A DNA stretch of 64,000 nucleotides from Promethearchaeota archaeon (lineage in GTDB: Archaea; Asgardarchaeota; Lokiarchaeia; Sigyniarchaeales; SOKP01). Under the pieces are notes generated by a model that ran no database searches, was not told the DNA's origin, and saw only the letters and a list, made by a program, of their open reading frames with translations. Position numbers and translations under genes: made by a program. The stretch lies in NCBI GenBank assembly GCA_048939995.1, contig JBHLOY010000005.1:1-64000 (forward strand), written 5' to 3'. Shown here one piece after another: positions 20,591-29,851 of the stretch (its first letter is position 1; every line of letters begins with the position of its first letter).

Positions 20591-22063
20591 TTAGCCCTTT
20601 ACAACTCCTATTGGAACTAATCTTACTACTTTTTCAACAATATCTAAATCATGACTTACTTGAACAACTTGGTCAATGTCTTTATAGGCACCTGGAGCTT
20701 CTTCGGCAATAACTTTCATTGATGCGGCCTTAACTAAAATTCCTCGATTATAAAGATCTTCTCGTACAATGGAACCTCGGTATTTTGATATTGCTTTAGA
20801 TCTAGACATAACTCTTCCTGATCCATGAGCTGTGGACCCAAAAGAGAGTTCCATTGATTTAGGCTTTCCTACACATAGATATGATGCGCTTCCCATTGTG
20901 CCAGGAATCAATACTGGTTGTCCTAACTCTCTATAGTCTTGAGGAAGTACTGGATGTCCTGGTGGAAAAGCTCGAGTTGCACCCTTACGATGTACATTCA
21001 ATTTCACCTTTTTCCCATTTATTTCATGCTCTTCAATCTTTAGAATATTGTGACAAACTCCATATATTAAATGTAAATCTAAATCATTAAAACTCTTATT
21101 GAAATGTAGTTGGAACGCTTCTCGTAACCAATGAGTTATCAACTGACGATTAGCAAATCCAAAATTTGCGGCACAAGCCATTTGGCTAAGGTAATTTTGG
21201 GCTTCAGGAGTGTTTGCAGGAACGGAAGCTAATTCACGATCTGGAACCTTTATATTGTATTTCTTCATTGCCCGTTCTACATTACGTAATGAATCTGTGC
21301 ATACTTGATGCCCAAGAGCTCGAGATCCAGTATGGACCATGATCGTAATTTGATCCTTTTGGTGTATACCTAACTTTTTTGCTTTAGATTCATCAAAAAT
21401 TTCATCAACTTTCTGTATCTCAAGAAAATGATTACCACTCCCCAATGATCCAAGTTGTTTGAACCCTCTTTCCTTAGCTTTTTGAGAGACCAAGTTTGCA
21501 TTAGCATCTTTCAAACACCCCTTCTCTTCACAATGCTTAAGATCTTCTTCGATTGCATAGTTATTCTCTAATGTCCAATTCATTCCAGTATTTAACACAT
21601 TATCCAAATCTGAAAATTTAATATTTAGCTTCCCCTTAGAACCCAAACCCGACGGTATATTTTTGAAAATAGTATTTAATAAATGGGGTAAAGTGGTATT
21701 TATATCTTGAAGCATCAAATTTGTCCTTAATAACCTTACTCCACAATTAATATCATAACCAACACCCCCCGGTGATATCATCCCTGTTTCTGCATCTGTC
21801 CCAGCTACCCCTCCAATACAAAATCCATATCCTTGATGAGCATCTGAGAGTGCAATAACATGTTTTTCAACCCCGGTTAAACAAGCTACATTAGCAATTT
21901 GATCAAGAGTTCTATCCAATTTGATTTTCTCAAGAATGTATTCATTAGCATAAACATGCACTGGTACTTTCATTTGAAATTTCTCAATTCTTCCTTCCAC
22001 TCGAGCCATTAACGTTGTAGGTGGTATTTCGTATATATTGTCATCAATTTTATTCACATTCAT
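20591..22063 (-). CDS. rtcB: RNA-splicing ligase RtcB
   Basis: DAHQGYG, GYDINCG, GSGNHF, HNI, HRKGAT, AHGSGR, YKDI. Confidence 0.98.
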   Translation of the reverse strand: MNVNKIDDNIYEIPPTTLMARVEGRIEKFQMKVPVHVYANEYILEKIKLDRTLDQIANVACLTGVEKHVIALSDAHQGYGFCIGGVAGTDAETGMISPGGVGYDINCGVRLLRTNLMLQDINTTLPHLLNTIFKNIPSGLGSKGKLNIKFSDLDNVLNTGMNWTLENNYAIEEDLKHCEEKGCLKDANANLVSQKAKERGFKQLGSLGSGNHFLEIQKVDEIFDESKAKKLGIHQKDQITIMVHTGSRALGHQVCTDSLRNVERAMKKYNIKVPDRELASVPANTPEAQNYLSQMACAANFGFANRQLITHWLREAFQLHFNKSFNDLDLHLIYGVCHNILKIEEHEINGKKVKLNVHRKGATRAFPPGHPVLPQDYRELGQPVLIPGTMGSASYLCVGKPKSMELSFGSTAHGSGRVMSRSKAISKYRGSIVREDLYNRGILVKAASMKVIAEEAPGAYKDIDQVVQVSHDLDIVEKVVRLVPIGVVKG

Positions 22064-22202
22064 AATATATTAATAAGTAGATGGATTTTCATAAATTTTT
22101 TCATTTTAATTAGGAAGAAAACTAGCAAAAGGAGCTAAATTTATTAATATAGAACTATTATTAATCAGTATTTTAAAATTTTAATTAAATAGGAATAATA
22201 AA

Positions 22203-22958
22203 TTATTTTAGCTCGATAAATTTTAAAAGACCTAAATCATCTAAATCATCTATCATAACTTGAATCTCGCTTTCAGGTTTGCCACTTTCCTCAGCAATAT
22301 CGGAAATTGTATGAAAACCATCCGCTAAATGTGCTATTTTATACATTTCTTCATCCAAAAAACCTTGAGTTATTACCTGCGTTGGCAATCTTTTTGAAGT
22401 CCACTCGGGTTTCTGATTTTGAGATTGACGTAAATCTTCTTCAGAAATTATCAATCCTTTTTTCGTAATTTGCTTACGGGATTTAAGGAAATCCTTTTCA
22501 TAAATCTTTAAAATAGGTAACTTCATTTGAATTTCTGCTATCTTTCCATTCTGCAAAACTTCATCTATAATAGGCTCAAAATCTCTAAAAAGGCGAACAT
22601 CACCTCCCCAATTTTTAATAGTTTCGCCATGTACATTAATAAATTTATCAATAATATCGCTTAAGGCCTTATGAGTAATTTTAGCGTCGTCATTTTTATC
22701 AGCTGCAGCTGTACATAGTACACCCTCCTTAAAGACTAACAACAGATAAAAAATCTGCATATCTTTATTTATGAATAGATTCTATCCATAATCTATAATT
22801 TTGAGTTCCCCACTACCTTTTGAGAACTCAACACTAAAGTCTTTAAGGGCAGTTAAAAATCCCGAAACTAAATCTTGATTAAATTCAATACTTCCATATT
22901 TCCTATGAATTAAACAAATTCCCGTAAATTGGTCAATAAGGTAAAAATTGTGTAAAAT
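22203..22958 (-). CDS. longin-domain plus C-terminal winged-helix protein (about 241 aa after splicing); exon 1 22958-22793, exon 2 22762-22203; probable ATT start
   Basis: The frame of the 185-aa track ORF continues upstream as ILHNFYLIDQFTGICLIHRKYGSIEFNQDLVSGFLTALKDFSVEFSKGSGELKIID (longin-like), separated only by a 30-nt insert containing TAG. Confidence 0.85.
22763..22792 (-). other. putative 30-nt BHB-type intron in a protein-coding gene
   Basis: A-TTAT-AG^A-TTATGGATAG-AAT-CTATTCATAA-ATAA-AG^A-T: 4-bp helix, two AGA bulges, 10-bp inner stem; removal restores ATA GAT ATG. Confidence 0.82.
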
Positions 22959-23102
22959 AGCGTTTACTCAACTCCAGTTAAAAACATTATTAGTTGTATA
23001 TTAAATAAAATAATTCTAATATAAATTTCTTTATAACTTTAATCTTTATTCTTAAATCGCTTTTAATCATTTTTAAGTAAGAAATTAAATAAGATTTTAG
23101 TT

Positions 23103-23291
23103 CTAAATTTGGAAAGAATCATATATACTTTTAACATCAACAGCAAGCTCTTTACAAATCATATATAATGCATTACGTTTAGAGATTTCATTGAGTTCTT
23201 CTTTCTTTTTAACTACTAGGATCTCAATTTCTTTACGTGACAAACCCGTCTGCTTACTTATATTTTTAATATATTGATCTTTAAGTTCCAT
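23103..23291 (-). CDS. small protein resembling the DUF2240 C-terminal / archaeal RPA N-terminal helical domain
   Basis: ISKQTGLSRKEIE...KKEEL..IS..NALYMICKELAVDV pattern. Confidence 0.6.
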   Translation of the reverse strand: MELKDQYIKNISKQTGLSRKEIEILVVKKKEELNEISKRNALYMICKELAVDVKSIYDSFQI

Positions 23292-23351
23292 TATCCTTTT
23301 ATTTATCAGAATTTGTTTATTTAATCTAGAATAGTATACAAATGATACGTC

Positions 23352-23645
23352 TTATACAAAAGTATCTTTTAAAAGCCTTTTCAATTCATTTTTCTCTTTT
23401 AGAGATAGATATTTTAAATCTTTTCCTCTTTTTTCAAACCTGTCTAAAGGAAGATCTTCTATAAGGTTGAGTAATAGAATTAAACTATTCCTTACTAATA
23501 TAGTATCTTGAGTTGTATTTAAAAGGAACATGAGCTTTTTGAGTATCTTAGATATCCATAACATTTCATAACTATTATTTCGTGCCTTAGCATGCTCTCT
23601 AATGATCTTATTGTACCACCAGTCTTCATAATTACTATTCATCAA
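23352..23645 (-). CDS. hypothetical protein
   Basis: 97-aa ORF filling the gap between neighbours. Confidence 0.55.
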   Translation of the reverse strand: MMNSNYEDWWYNKIIREHAKARNNSYEMLWISKILKKLMFLLNTTQDTILVRNSLILLLNLIEDLPLDRFEKRGKDLKYLSLKEKNELKRLLKDTFV

Positions 23646-23765
23646 CTATTTTTTAAATTTAATTTATTATTTTACACTAATTTTTTGGATGTTCAAGATA
23701 TAATAAATCTTAAATCATTTGTAGATTAGTATTATACTAAAACGGAATTAAAGCAATTAATTAAA

Positions 23766-24080
23766 ATGAGAACTTATATCTTTTTTGTTACTGTTCCTAA
23801 TCTTGAAGAAGGCAAAGAATTAGCAAAGATATTGGTAGAAAGTAGAATTGCGGCTTGCGTGAACATAATTCAAAACATTTTCTCTATTTATAGATGGAAA
23901 GGAAAAATAGAAGAAAACAATGAGCATTTACTTTTGATTAAAACAAATGAAATAAATTCTAAACAATTAATTGAGAAAGTAAATGATATCCATAGTTATG
24001 ACACACCAGAATGCATAGGAATCAAAATAGATGAAGGAACTGAAAAATATTTAAATTGGATAAATGAAAGTATAAAATAA
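23766..24080 (+). CDS. cutA: divalent cation tolerance protein CutA
   Basis: AACVNI...SIYRWKG, IKT, HSYDTPE. Confidence 0.95.
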   Translation: MRTYIFFVTVPNLEEGKELAKILVESRIAACVNIIQNIFSIYRWKGKIEENNEHLLLIKTNEINSKQLIEKVNDIHSYDTPECIGIKIDEGTEKYLNWINESIK

Positions 24081-24101
24081 GTAAATGTTTAATGACCCTT
24101 A

Positions 24102-24908
24102 ATGGCTTTTGATATATTTCGTGTAAATTGGATCTTAGTAGATATTATTATAATTACTTTCTTAATTCTACTACTGATCTTTGTTAAAATTTTTAAATAT
24201 CTTAACAGATGGAGAACATTACTGTCTAATGAAAAATTATTAAGGATTATCTTTGAAGGATCTGCTCTGAAAACTGAAAATAAAAATTATTCTATTAAGA
24301 AATTTGAATTAATAAAAGATTTAGATGAAGATAACCCTTTAAAAACTCTAATTTTGATTTTTAAGACGTCGAAAAAAAGAAAATTTATTAATGCTTTAGC
24401 TGAAGCTATAAGCAGTTATGGTGCTGATGTTATTATATTAGATTGCAAAATCCTTAGAAAACCAGCTAAAGAAAATATTAAGATAGAAAGTCAAAAAGAA
24501 ATCATGAAATTAATCTATTCAATTTATAAGTTTTTTGATCAAAATAGAATTCATATAAATAAAAATTATTATGTGGTAAATTTTATCCCTAACAATCTTA
24601 TGTTTAAAGCATTTATCAATGATATTAATAATGAAAAATTGATTTTAATCAATCCAAAATTAAATAAATTTAATAAAAACCTCTTAACCCCCATTTTTAA
24701 ATCAAATGATTTAAAAGCGAGGTTATCTATAATCTTTAGTGGTAAGATAAATCGAATTCTAAAAAAAATCTCTTTAAAAAGATTTATTGAAGGTCTTAAT
24801 GGTAGTTTTAAAGATGAAATTTATGCTTTTGAAAAAGCTTCCAATTCTTTCAAATATTATGAGACTTTTCTACTCGTTTCTATAATAAAAATCATAGAAA
24901 ATAATTAA
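24102..24908 (+). CDS. membrane-anchored hypothetical protein, possibly a degenerate alpha/beta-hydrolase fold
   Basis: N-terminal TM; LAEAISSYGADVIILD and LILINP patterns but no GxSxG. Confidence 0.55.
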   Translation: MAFDIFRVNWILVDIIIITFLILLLIFVKIFKYLNRWRTLLSNEKLLRIIFEGSALKTENKNYSIKKFELIKDLDEDNPLKTLILIFKTSKKRKFINALAEAISSYGADVIILDCKILRKPAKENIKIESQKEIMKLIYSIYKFFDQNRIHINKNYYVVNFIPNNLMFKAFINDINNEKLILINPKLNKFNKNLLTPIFKSNDLKARLSIIFSGKINRILKKISLKRFIEGLNGSFKDEIYAFEKASNSFKYYETFLLVSIIKIIENN

Positions 24909-24912
24909 ATTT

Positions 24913-25620
24913 ATGACAAACGAAAGAATTTTAAGAGAACATTATCACTTACGTGTGTATACCGAAAAAGAATGGGATCTTCTTAAATTAAAAAGGAATA
25001 GAGCAGTTAACCTATTAGAAGTATTTGTTAAAGCGGGATTTAATCCTTACATTTATGGAAGTCTAGCTCGGGGGGATGTTCATGAAGATAGCGATTTAGA
25101 CATTATTTTTCTGGAACTAATTTCCCCATTTCACATTGAATATATTTTAAATGAAAATGGGTTTAGCAACTATTTTCGAGAAATAATAATGGCAACTCCA
25201 AATGATTCGCTAAAATTATATATATATTTAAGTGAACTAGAAAGTATAACTATTCCCCTGTCAAAAATGGATACCAGTTCTCTAGAATTTTATGATTTTG
25301 GAGGTAAAGTAAACCTTAATGACCTAAAGCGTCACCATAGAGTACCTGGAATTGATAAACGATTAGTAATGATTAAACCTAATCATGAAGGGCATGAGGA
25401 ATACTCTATTATAGGAAATGAGCTCAAAGTAGCAAAACAGTTAAATATACGTTTGAATACTATAAATGAAAGAATAGGAGTTCTAGTAAAAAGAGAAAAA
25501 TATGGAAAAACGGGAGTATTTTTAAAAAAAGCAATAGCTCTTCAAGAAAGCACAGAAGACGCATTAAGAAAGCTCTCAAATCGAAAATCTATTGTAAGAA
25601 AAAAGCTCTATAAAAAATGA
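24913..25620 (+). CDS. nucleotidyltransferase domain protein (COG2413-like)
   Basis: YGSLARGDVHEDSDLDI; RVPGIDKRL; GKTGVF. Confidence 0.9.
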   Translation: MTNERILREHYHLRVYTEKEWDLLKLKRNRAVNLLEVFVKAGFNPYIYGSLARGDVHEDSDLDIIFLELISPFHIEYILNENGFSNYFREIIMATPNDSLKLYIYLSELESITIPLSKMDTSSLEFYDFGGKVNLNDLKRHHRVPGIDKRLVMIKPNHEGHEEYSIIGNELKVAKQLNIRLNTINERIGVLVKREKYGKTGVFLKKAIALQESTEDALRKLSNRKSIVRKKLYKK

Positions 25621-26768
25621 AAAAAAAGATATTAAAGTCGAATGCACAAACTTACTTTATCAGAGGTAGAGGCATTCCAAAAGGATGTCAATTGTGTTTA
25701 AAAGGGGAAAAAACAGTTTTATTTCTGAATGGTATTTGCCAAAATCCAGCACATTGCTATTGGTATTGCCCAATTTCAACTGAAAGAAAAGGAAAGGAAT
25801 TTAGTTTTGCAAATGAAATTAAGATAAAAACTAATAAAGAATTACTTGATGAGATTAATAAAACTAAGGCAAAGGGAATGAGTATAACAGGTGGAGAACC
25901 TCTTAGTGAAATAAATTTTCAAAAAACGATTGATTTAATAAAGTATGTCAAGGAAAAAAAGGGGAACAAATTTCACATTCATCTATACACTAATGGAATA
26001 AGCTTTAGTGAAGAAAAAGCTAATAAACTAGCTCAAGTAGGCTTAGATGAATTAAGATTTAATCCTCCTGAAGAAAAATGGAATTTAATATCATTTGCGT
26101 TAAATATAGGAATTAAAGTCGGAGCTGAGGTACCAATGATTCCAAACGAGGAATATGTAATGCAACTCAAAAAATTTATTTTATATCTAGATAAAATTGG
26201 TGCTCATTTTATAAATATAAATGAATTTGAATTTTCTTTTCCTAATAGCAAATATTTAATTGAAAGAGGCTTTAAATTAAAAAGAGGTTCAATTGCTGCT
26301 GTAGAAAATAGTAAAGAAATAGCTCTTACTTTGCTGAAAGAAATTTACCCTAAAGTATCTTTAAAAATTCATTTTTGCACTACAAGGGCTAAAGATTATT
26401 GGCAATTAAAGGAACGATATTTAAGACGTGCAAAATCGATAAGAAAACCTTTTGAAGAAATTACTGAGGATGGATTACTAGTTTATGCTCAAGTTGAAGG
26501 AAGTAAGGATAATTTAAACAAACTTAATGAATTATTGTTGAATAAGATAAAAATGCCACAGAAATATATTTTTTATGATGAACAAAAGATAAGAATACCA
26601 ATAACTTTCGCTCTAGAAGAAAAGTTCATAGATTTACTAGATAATTATAAATTACAAGGATTTATAGTTGAAACAACTCCCTTTAGAGAGGAACAATACA
26701 CTCAAATAACAGAAAAAACTCCAATAAAGGTGTTTAAAGAAGAGATCGAATGTGATGGAAATAAATAA
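25617..26768 (+). CDS. radical SAM protein (COG2108-like)
   Basis: PKGCQLC.KGEK, CQNPAHCYWYC, ITGGEP, HIHLYT, GLDELRF. Confidence 0.88.
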   Translation: MKKKILKSNAQTYFIRGRGIPKGCQLCLKGEKTVLFLNGICQNPAHCYWYCPISTERKGKEFSFANEIKIKTNKELLDEINKTKAKGMSITGGEPLSEINFQKTIDLIKYVKEKKGNKFHIHLYTNGISFSEEKANKLAQVGLDELRFNPPEEKWNLISFALNIGIKVGAEVPMIPNEEYVMQLKKFILYLDKIGAHFININEFEFSFPNSKYLIERGFKLKRGSIAAVENSKEIALTLLKEIYPKVSLKIHFCTTRAKDYWQLKERYLRRAKSIRKPFEEITEDGLLVYAQVEGSKDNLNKLNELLLNKIKMPQKYIFYDEQKIRIPITFALEEKFIDLLDNYKLQGFIVETTPFREEQYTQITEKTPIKVFKEEIECDGNK

Positions 26769-27201
26769 AGTCAATTTGGAAGATTTAGAAGAAATTATGA
26801 GGATAGAGAACCAAATATTTAAACAGGATTCCTTTTCGAGACAAATGATGAAGAAATTGATTTTGCGAAATTCTTTATTTTTAAAACTAATAAAAAGACA
26901 AAAAGATCCAAAAATAATAGGCTATATAACTCTTATCCGAAGTAATAGAAATACCATTTGTATAATAAATTTTTCAATAAAAAAAGAATGTCAAAATAAA
27001 GGTCATGGTTCTTATTTACTACAAAATACACTAGAACTAATAAAAAAGTTTCAAGATATAAAGAAAATTATACTAAATGTTAATATAAAGAATGAAATCG
27101 CAATAAAGGTGTATAAAAAATTTGAATTCCAGATAGTTAAAGAAATTGAAAATTATTATAGTAATCATGAAACTGCTTATTTGATGGAAAAAATTCTTTG
27201 A
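26752..27201 (+). CDS. GNAT N-acetyltransferase (RimI/Ard1-like)
   Basis: QNKGHGSYLL, LNV...NEIAIKVYKKFEF, NYY...E.AYLM. Confidence 0.9.
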   Translation: MMEINKVNLEDLEEIMRIENQIFKQDSFSRQMMKKLILRNSLFLKLIKRQKDPKIIGYITLIRSNRNTICIINFSIKKECQNKGHGSYLLQNTLELIKKFQDIKKIILNVNIKNEIAIKVYKKFEFQIVKEIENYYSNHETAYLMEKIL

Positions 27202-27326
27202 TTTTCGTTCATTTTTAATGTTTTTCTATAAACTAAAACTTATAAATAAAAATTTTTATAATATCTGTAAAATCAAGATTATAATTTCCTCTCAGAAATT
27301 ATTAATTCAAAAGGAGTTGTGGATAA

Positions 27327-27479
27327 ATGCCAATTGATAAAGAGTTACAAAATGAGATTAAGAAGGGAATCACTCTCCAAAAGGTTAGTGAGGATGAACT
27401 GAGAAAAAGGGAAGAAGAAAAGAAGAAGAGAATGGAAGAACTTGAAAAAATTAAAGAAGCCTTAGGAGAAAAACAATAA
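27327..27479 (+). CDS. 50-aa microprotein with a WH2-like actin-binding motif and charged helical tail
   Basis: MPIDKELQNEIKKGITLQKVSEDELRKREEEKKKRMEELEKIKEALGEKQ; AAGGAG SD-like sequence at 27311-27316; T-rich tract after the stop; below the ORF-track size cutoff. Confidence 0.8.
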   Translation: MPIDKELQNEIKKGITLQKVSEDELRKREEEKKKRMEELEKIKEALGEKQ

Positions 27480-27611
27480 ATCTGTGTATTTTTGATTCAT
27501 TTTCCTTTTTTTATTTATGTTTTATAAATGAGCTTTAAAAACGTAAGCTTTTCTAATATTTATTCTTTAATTAAATTAGCAATATTCAATTTAAGGAAGT
27601 CGAATTGATTT

Positions 27612-28685
27612 TTGAAGATTCTTGAAATAGATAATAAAAATCAAGAAGTCATTGTTAAAATTGAAACATTAAATGATTTATGGACCCTTTATAATATCAT
27701 TTCTAGAGATGATTATGTTTCTACGCGAACATCCAGAAGAGTTGTATTAAGAGAAGGCACTAAAGGAGAGAGAAAAAATATGTGGATAAAATTAAAGGTG
27801 GAATCTATTTCCTTTCATGAATTTTCAAATAGATTAAGAATTAAAGGTACAATTAGTGAAGGTCCTGAAGATTTTGTAAGTTTTGGAACATACCATACTT
27901 TCAATGTCGAAGTAGGTAATACATTAAATATTATAAAGGATAAGTGGCTTAGAAGTGAGATAAAAAGGCTGAAAGAGTCTTCTAAATTTGAAGCAAATTT
28001 TCTCATTATTATAACTGCTATCGAAACCGGATTAGCAAATTTAGCACTTATTACTAATTTTAGTCATACAAAGATAGCAACAATTAAAAGAACAATACCG
28101 GGAAAAAGATATGAACAAATCCATCGAAATAAAGCTTACGAAGATTTTTTTAATGATATTTATAATGTATTAGAAGAGAATATTAAAAATATGAATATAA
28201 ATCTAATTATCTTCTGCGGTCCCGGAAATAGTAAAGACAGGTTTTTAAATTACCTCAAAGAAAAGAAACAGCCAAATTTTCTCTCTAAAATCAGTATTAT
28301 TCATGCTAGTTCAGGAACCGAAAGTGCGATATTTGAGATATTAAAATCACCCCAATTAAAAGAATTAAAAGAAAAAGTAAAGATACTTCAAGAAACAGAG
28401 AAGATTGAGAACATTTTTAACATTTTAGCAACTAATCCAGATTTAATTGCTATTGGAATTAAAGAAATCGCTACATTATCTAAAAGTGGAATAATAGATG
28501 AATTATTTGTTGCAGATATTTTATTGAGAGGTACCTCAAAAGAAAAAAAAAATGAACTTGAAGGGGTTTTAACAGATGTGGAAAATTCCGGGGGAAAGTA
28601 TTACATTCTAAGTAGTGAACAACCTACTGGTCAGCAAATTATTGATTTAGGAGATATAGTAGCTATTTTGAGATATAAACCTTAA
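27612..28685 (+). CDS. pelA: mRNA surveillance protein Pelota (Dom34)
   Basis: DLWTLYNII, FHEFSNRLRIKG, GTYHT, PGKRY, GPG, AILRY. Confidence 0.96.
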   Translation: MKILEIDNKNQEVIVKIETLNDLWTLYNIISRDDYVSTRTSRRVVLREGTKGERKNMWIKLKVESISFHEFSNRLRIKGTISEGPEDFVSFGTYHTFNVEVGNTLNIIKDKWLRSEIKRLKESSKFEANFLIIITAIETGLANLALITNFSHTKIATIKRTIPGKRYEQIHRNKAYEDFFNDIYNVLEENIKNMNINLIIFCGPGNSKDRFLNYLKEKKQPNFLSKISIIHASSGTESAIFEILKSPQLKELKEKVKILQETEKIENIFNILATNPDLIAIGIKEIATLSKSGIIDELFVADILLRGTSKEKKNELEGVLTDVENSGGKYYILSSEQPTGQQIIDLGDIVAILRYKP

Positions 28686-28714
28686 ATATATAATGAATTT
28701 AAGAGATTTGATTA

Positions 28715-29752
28715 ATGACTAATGATATTATATATGTTGATAAAAAGTCAAAAATTCCCTTAATGGGGGTTGACTTTATTGGTATAGTAGATCGCAGTAC
28801 AAATGTGATTGAACTAAAGCCCGTGACTTTATGTAATTTGAAATGCAAATATTGCTTCGTAAATGCAGGAGATTATAGTACAAATTTTATAGTGAATTCT
28901 GCTTACTTAATTGAAGAAGTGAAAAAAGCTATTAATATTAAAGGAAGTTACAATATTGAAATTCATTTAGCCCCCTATGGTGAAATTCTATTATACCCAG
29001 AACTATATAAATTATTAAGCCAACTTTGGGAGCTTGAAGGTGTAAAAATTATATCAATGCAGAGTAATGGTTTATTATTATCAAAAGAAATTATTAAAAA
29101 GTTAAGTAAATTTAATCTTACACGTATTAACATTAGTTTAAACACGCTAAATGAAAAAAAGGCCAGCTATTTATGTGATTGTAAACAATATAATCTTGAA
29201 AATCTTATCGAAAACATTCATCTATTACTTGATTCTAGTATAGATGTGTTAATAGCTCCAGTATGGTTTCCAAATCAAAATGATGAAGATATTGAAGATA
29301 TTATAAAATTTATTATTGAATTAAGAAGTAAAGGGTATTCTAAGCAAAAAATCCAAATCGGTATTCAGAAATACCTTATATATAAAACAGGGAGAAAATT
29401 AAAAAAAATTCATCCAAAATCATGGGACTTTTTTTATAAACAACTTACTGATTTAGAGAAGAAATATAATATCAAATTAAAGCTTGGCCCAATTGATTTT
29501 GGAATTCATAAGCGTTCACCCATTTCGTATAATTTTAATTTAAAAAAAAATGATATAATTGAACTAGAAATAGTATCAAGAGGACGCTGGAATCATGAGT
29601 GTATTGGAAAAATTAATGAAGATTATGGAATAAAAGTTTTACTGAAAAAGCCTTTAGTATTCTCCAAAGAAATTTTAAATAAAAAAATTAGAGCAGAAAT
29701 TATAAAGATAAACTATAAAGATAATATATTAACAGCTTTATTTCCAGCATGA
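28715..29752 (+). CDS. radical SAM protein (COG2100-like)
   Basis: IPLMG..FIGIVDRSTN, CNLKCKYC, MQSNG. Confidence 0.88.
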   Translation: MTNDIIYVDKKSKIPLMGVDFIGIVDRSTNVIELKPVTLCNLKCKYCFVNAGDYSTNFIVNSAYLIEEVKKAINIKGSYNIEIHLAPYGEILLYPELYKLLSQLWELEGVKIISMQSNGLLLSKEIIKKLSKFNLTRINISLNTLNEKKASYLCDCKQYNLENLIENIHLLLDSSIDVLIAPVWFPNQNDEDIEDIIKFIIELRSKGYSKQKIQIGIQKYLIYKTGRKLKKIHPKSWDFFYKQLTDLEKKYNIKLKLGPIDFGIHKRSPISYNFNLKKNDIIELEIVSRGRWNHECIGKINEDYGIKVLLKKPLVFSKEILNKKIRAEIIKINYKDNILTALFPA

Positions 29753-29851
29753 TTTTAAATAAACTTAAAAAACTAAAATATATAACTATGTATTAGCATA
29801 AAAAACATACTACAAATAAATATAATTAATTTTTAATAAAAACTGATTAAA

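Noticed and set aside
21975-22020. N-terminal insertion in RtcB (TTLMARVEGRIEKF) as a hidden in-frame intron
   Set aside because: Only a weak hairpin and no BHB geometry; reads as protein sequence
22782-22784. Pyrrolysine or amber readthrough as the explanation for the in-frame TAG
   Set aside because: No pyl genes in the window and TAG is used as a normal stop elsewhere; the BHB removes the stop precisely. Not formally excluded without RNA data
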